Source: Candidatus Dormiibacterota bacterium
Lineage (GTDB): Bacteria > Chloroflexota > Dormibacteria > Aeolococcales > Aeolococcaceae
Reading direction: 5' to 3'
Assembly: GCA_963709585.1 (NCBI GenBank)
Contig: CAVPXI010000005.1
Location: forward strand, 96,001 to 160,000
DNA: 64,000 nucleotides
Translations under genes and position numbers: made by a program
Part shown: piece by piece, positions 61,556-64,000 of the stretch
How positions within the stretch are numbered: the first letter of the stretch is position 1
Layout of the letters: every line of letters starts with the position of its first letter
Notes under the pieces: generated by a model
What the model saw: the letters and a program-made list of their open reading frames with translations, nothing else
What the model was told of the DNA's origin: nothing
Databases searched by the model: none

Positions 61556-63282
61556 TGATTGCTCTCGACATCATCGCGGCGGTGATCACCTACGCCGCCG
61601 TCGGCGTCGGTGCATGGTTCATCGGCGGGTATATGGTCAAGGTGTACAAGGGGGAGCGGGTCTGGCTCAGCCGCGTCATCCGCCCGGTCGAGCGCGCCAC
61701 CTACAAGATCATCGGCGTAGACGAGCAGCACGAGCAGGGCTGGCTCCCGTACCTCGTCTCTTTGCTTGCCGCAACAGTCGTGAGCATCGTATTCACCTAC
61801 GTTGTGCTCCGCTTTCAGGATCATCTGCCACTCAACCCCGAGAATCTGCCCGGCGTACCGGGCCCGCTCGCGTTCAACACGGCGATGAGCTTCGCGACGA
61901 ACACAAACTGGCAGAACTACTCGGGCGAGACCACGATGAGCTACTTCTCCCAGATCGTGGCGCTCGTGATCCATCAGTTTCTCAGCGCTGCGGTGGGTAT
62001 GGCGGTGGCGATCGTGGTCATCCGAGCGATCGCACGTCGAACCATGAGCACACTCGGCAACTTCTGGGTGGATATCGTGCGCGGGATCCTCTACATTCTG
62101 CTGCCGATCAGCGTGGTGCTCGCGCTTGTGCTCGTGGCCAACGGGTCGATCCAGAACTTCAACAACTACTCGGTGGTGCACACCCTCACCAACGGTGTAC
62201 AAACGATCGCGCAAGGCCCGGTCGCATCCATGGAAGCGATCAAAGATCTCGGCACCAATGGCGGGGGCTTCTTCAACGCGAACGCGGCGCATCCGTTTGA
62301 GAACCCCAACGGATTCACGAATTCGCTCGAGATCTTCATCTGCCTGCTGATCCCATTTGGGCTGGCCATCACGTTCGGGAAATGGGTCGGTCATGTAAGG
62401 CAGGGAATCGCGCTCGGGGCCGTAATGGGAATCATCCTCATCGGCGGCTTCGGGGTCATGGCGTGGCAGGAGCAGCAGGGCAACCCGGCGCTCGTCAGCA
62501 CAGGCGCGAGCCAGGTCTCGACCGCCACGCTTGCCGGTGGCAACATGGAAGGCAAGTCGGCTCGATTCGGTCCGATCCAGTCGGCGCTGTACAACTCTTC
62601 GACCACCGGAACGAGCACTGGCTCTGTCGATGCCTCACAGGACAGCATGACGCCGATCGGAGGGTTGGTGTCGCTGGTGTTCATCAAACTTGGTGAGATC
62701 ACCCCGGGCGATGTCGGTTCGGGCCTCTATGGGATGGTCGTCTTCGCAATCGTCGCCGTGTTCATCGCGGGGCTCATGGTGGGGAGAACCCCGGAGTACC
62801 TGGGCAAGAAGATCGAGGCGCGAGACGTCAAGTACGCTGCGATCGCGATCCTGGTCCTGCCGGCGTCGATACTCGGCTTCTCAGCGATCGCTGTCCTGAC
62901 GACCGCAGGTCAGGCGGGTCCGATCGCGACCCAGGGCACGCCGCACATGTTGTCGGAGATTCTGTACGCGTTCGCGTCGGCGACCGGCAATAACGGAAGC
63001 GCCTTCGCGGGTCTCTCCGGCAACACCAACTTCTACAACCTGATGCTCGCCGGCGCGATGTGGGCGGGCCGCTATCTCTTCCTGATCCCTGTGATGGCGA
63101 TGGCCGGCAACCTCGTGAAGAAGAAAATCGTCCCCGCAAGCGCCGGAACGTTTCCCACCGACGGATCGCTGTTCGTCGCGCTGCTGATCGGCACGATCAT
63201 CATCGTTGCCGCGCTGACGTTCTTCCCGGCAGTCTCGCTCGGACCGATTCTCGAGCACTTCAAGCTCATAGCGGCATTCTGA
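61555..63282 (+). CDS. kdpA: K+-transporting ATPase subunit A
   Basis: [44 protein letters not shown]. Confidence 0.96.
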   Translation: MIALDIIAAVITYAAVGVGAWFIGGYMVKVYKGERVWLSRVIRPVERATYKIIGVDEQHEQGWLPYLVSLLAATVVSIVFTYVVLRFQDHLPLNPENLPGVPGPLAFNTAMSFATNTNWQNYSGETTMSYFSQIVALVIHQFLSAAVGMAVAIVVIRAIARRTMSTLGNFWVDIVRGILYILLPISVVLALVLVANGSIQNFNNYSVVHTLTNGVQTIAQGPVASMEAIKDLGTNGGGFFNANAAHPFENPNGFTNSLEIFICLLIPFGLAITFGKWVGHVRQGIALGAVMGIILIGGFGVMAWQEQQGNPALVSTGASQVSTATLAGGNMEGKSARFGPIQSALYNSSTTGTSTGSVDASQDSMTPIGGLVSLVFIKLGEITPGDVGSGLYGMVVFAIVAVFIAGLMVGRTPEYLGKKIEARDVKYAAIAILVLPASILGFSAIAVLTTAGQAGPIATQGTPHMLSEILYAFASATGNNGSAFAGLSGNTNFYNLMLAGAMWAGRYLFLIPVMAMAGNLVKKKIVPASAGTFPTDGSLFVALLIGTIIIVAALTFFPAVSLGPILEHFKLIAAF

Positions 63283-63283
63283 A

Positions 63284-64000
63284 ATGGCAATCGCAACCAC
63301 ACATCACACCAAGCGCCGGCGCACCAGCGTGACGGACCCGGAGCTGTTGATCCCGGCGATCGGCCAAAGCTTCGTGAAGCTCGACCCCCGTCTCATGGTT
63401 CGCAACCCGGTCATGTTCATCGTGGAGATCGGTGCTGTGATGACGACGTATGGATTCGTCGCCGGCGTCATCAGCAGCAGCAGCGACACCAGCTTCGTTG
63501 GCCAGATCGCGCTCTGGCTCTGGTTCACCGTGCTGTTCGCCAACTTCGCCGAGGCGATCGCGGAGGGACGTGGCAAGGCTCAGGCGCAGGCGCTGCGCCG
63601 GACGCGGACCGAGACCATCGCCCGCAAGTTGCAGGGCGGTGTCGGCGGCAAGGAGGCGGCCGTGGCGGCCATCGACCTTCGCAAGGGCGACATCGTCGTC
63701 TGCGAAGCCGGCGACGTGATTCCGAGCGACGGCACCATCGTGGAAGGCATCGCGAGCGTCGACAAGTCGGCGATCACCGGTGAATCCGCGCCGGTCATTC
63801 GCGAGGCCGGCGGCGACCGCAGCGCTGTCACCGGAGGCACGCGGGTCCTGAGCGACCGCATCGTCATCGAGATCACGCAGAACCCTGGCGAGACCTTTCT
63901 CGACCGGATGATCTCGCTGGTCGAGAGCGCCTCCCGCCAGAAGACACCCAACGAGATCGCGCTCAACATCCTGCTTGCCAGCCTGACTCTCATCTTTCTC
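63284..64000 (+). CDS. kdpB: K+-transporting ATPase subunit B (partial, runs off the window)
   Basis: Manual translation: [62 protein letters not shown]. Confidence 0.95.
   Translation, partial: MAIATTHHTKRRRTSVTDPELLIPAIGQSFVKLDPRLMVRNPVMFIVEIGAVMTTYGFVAGVISSSSDTSFVGQIALWLWFTVLFANFAEAIAEGRGKAQAQALRRTRTETIARKLQGGVGGKEAAVAAIDLRKGDIVVCEAGDVIPSDGTIVEGIASVDKSAITGESAPVIREAGGDRSAVTGGTRVLSDRIVIEITQNPGETFLDRMISLVESASRQKTPNEIALNILLASLTLIFL

Overview
High-GC (roughly 68-70% by eye) bacterial chromosome segment, densely coding and mostly housekeeping or metabolic. A sortase, a PrsA-type lipoprotein and a Gram-positive-type LexA box point to a monoderm lineage; Chloroflexota/Dormibacterota-like is my inference only. 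Contents in order: methyltransferase, MocR/EamA pair, DedA, kynU-kynA, LigC-type ligase, tRNA-Arg(ACG), a tkt-tal/pgi-gnd-zwf-pgl-rpe-glgP operon, a degenerate Hanks kinase, CBS and cystathionine gamma-lyase/synthase, DEAD-box helicase, aceE, a long minus-strand run (7TM protein, aminotransferase, ALDH, Cys-nucleophile hydrolase, GNAT, MFS, PrsA, ThpR) divergent from a Liv-type ABC transporter, a GGDEF cyclase, NfeD-flotillin-TelA, a metK-manC-PMM-cupin cluster, sortase, carboxyltransferase/HMG-CoA lyase, rnhB, and a kdp locus. I found no transposase, integrase, prophage or CRISPR array. Highlights: (1) eight frameshifts and eight motif-breaking substitutions all fall on GASTC (GAGTC/GACTC), best explained as a DNA-modification footprint in long-read basecalls, so these genes are probably intact; (2) a stand-alone tandem helix-hairpin-helix protein with a clamp-binding-like motif, behind a leaderless promoter containing a perfect LexA box; (3) a kdp locus with a kinase-less KdpD fragment, an extra small membrane peptide and phased TTGACG repeats at two promoters.
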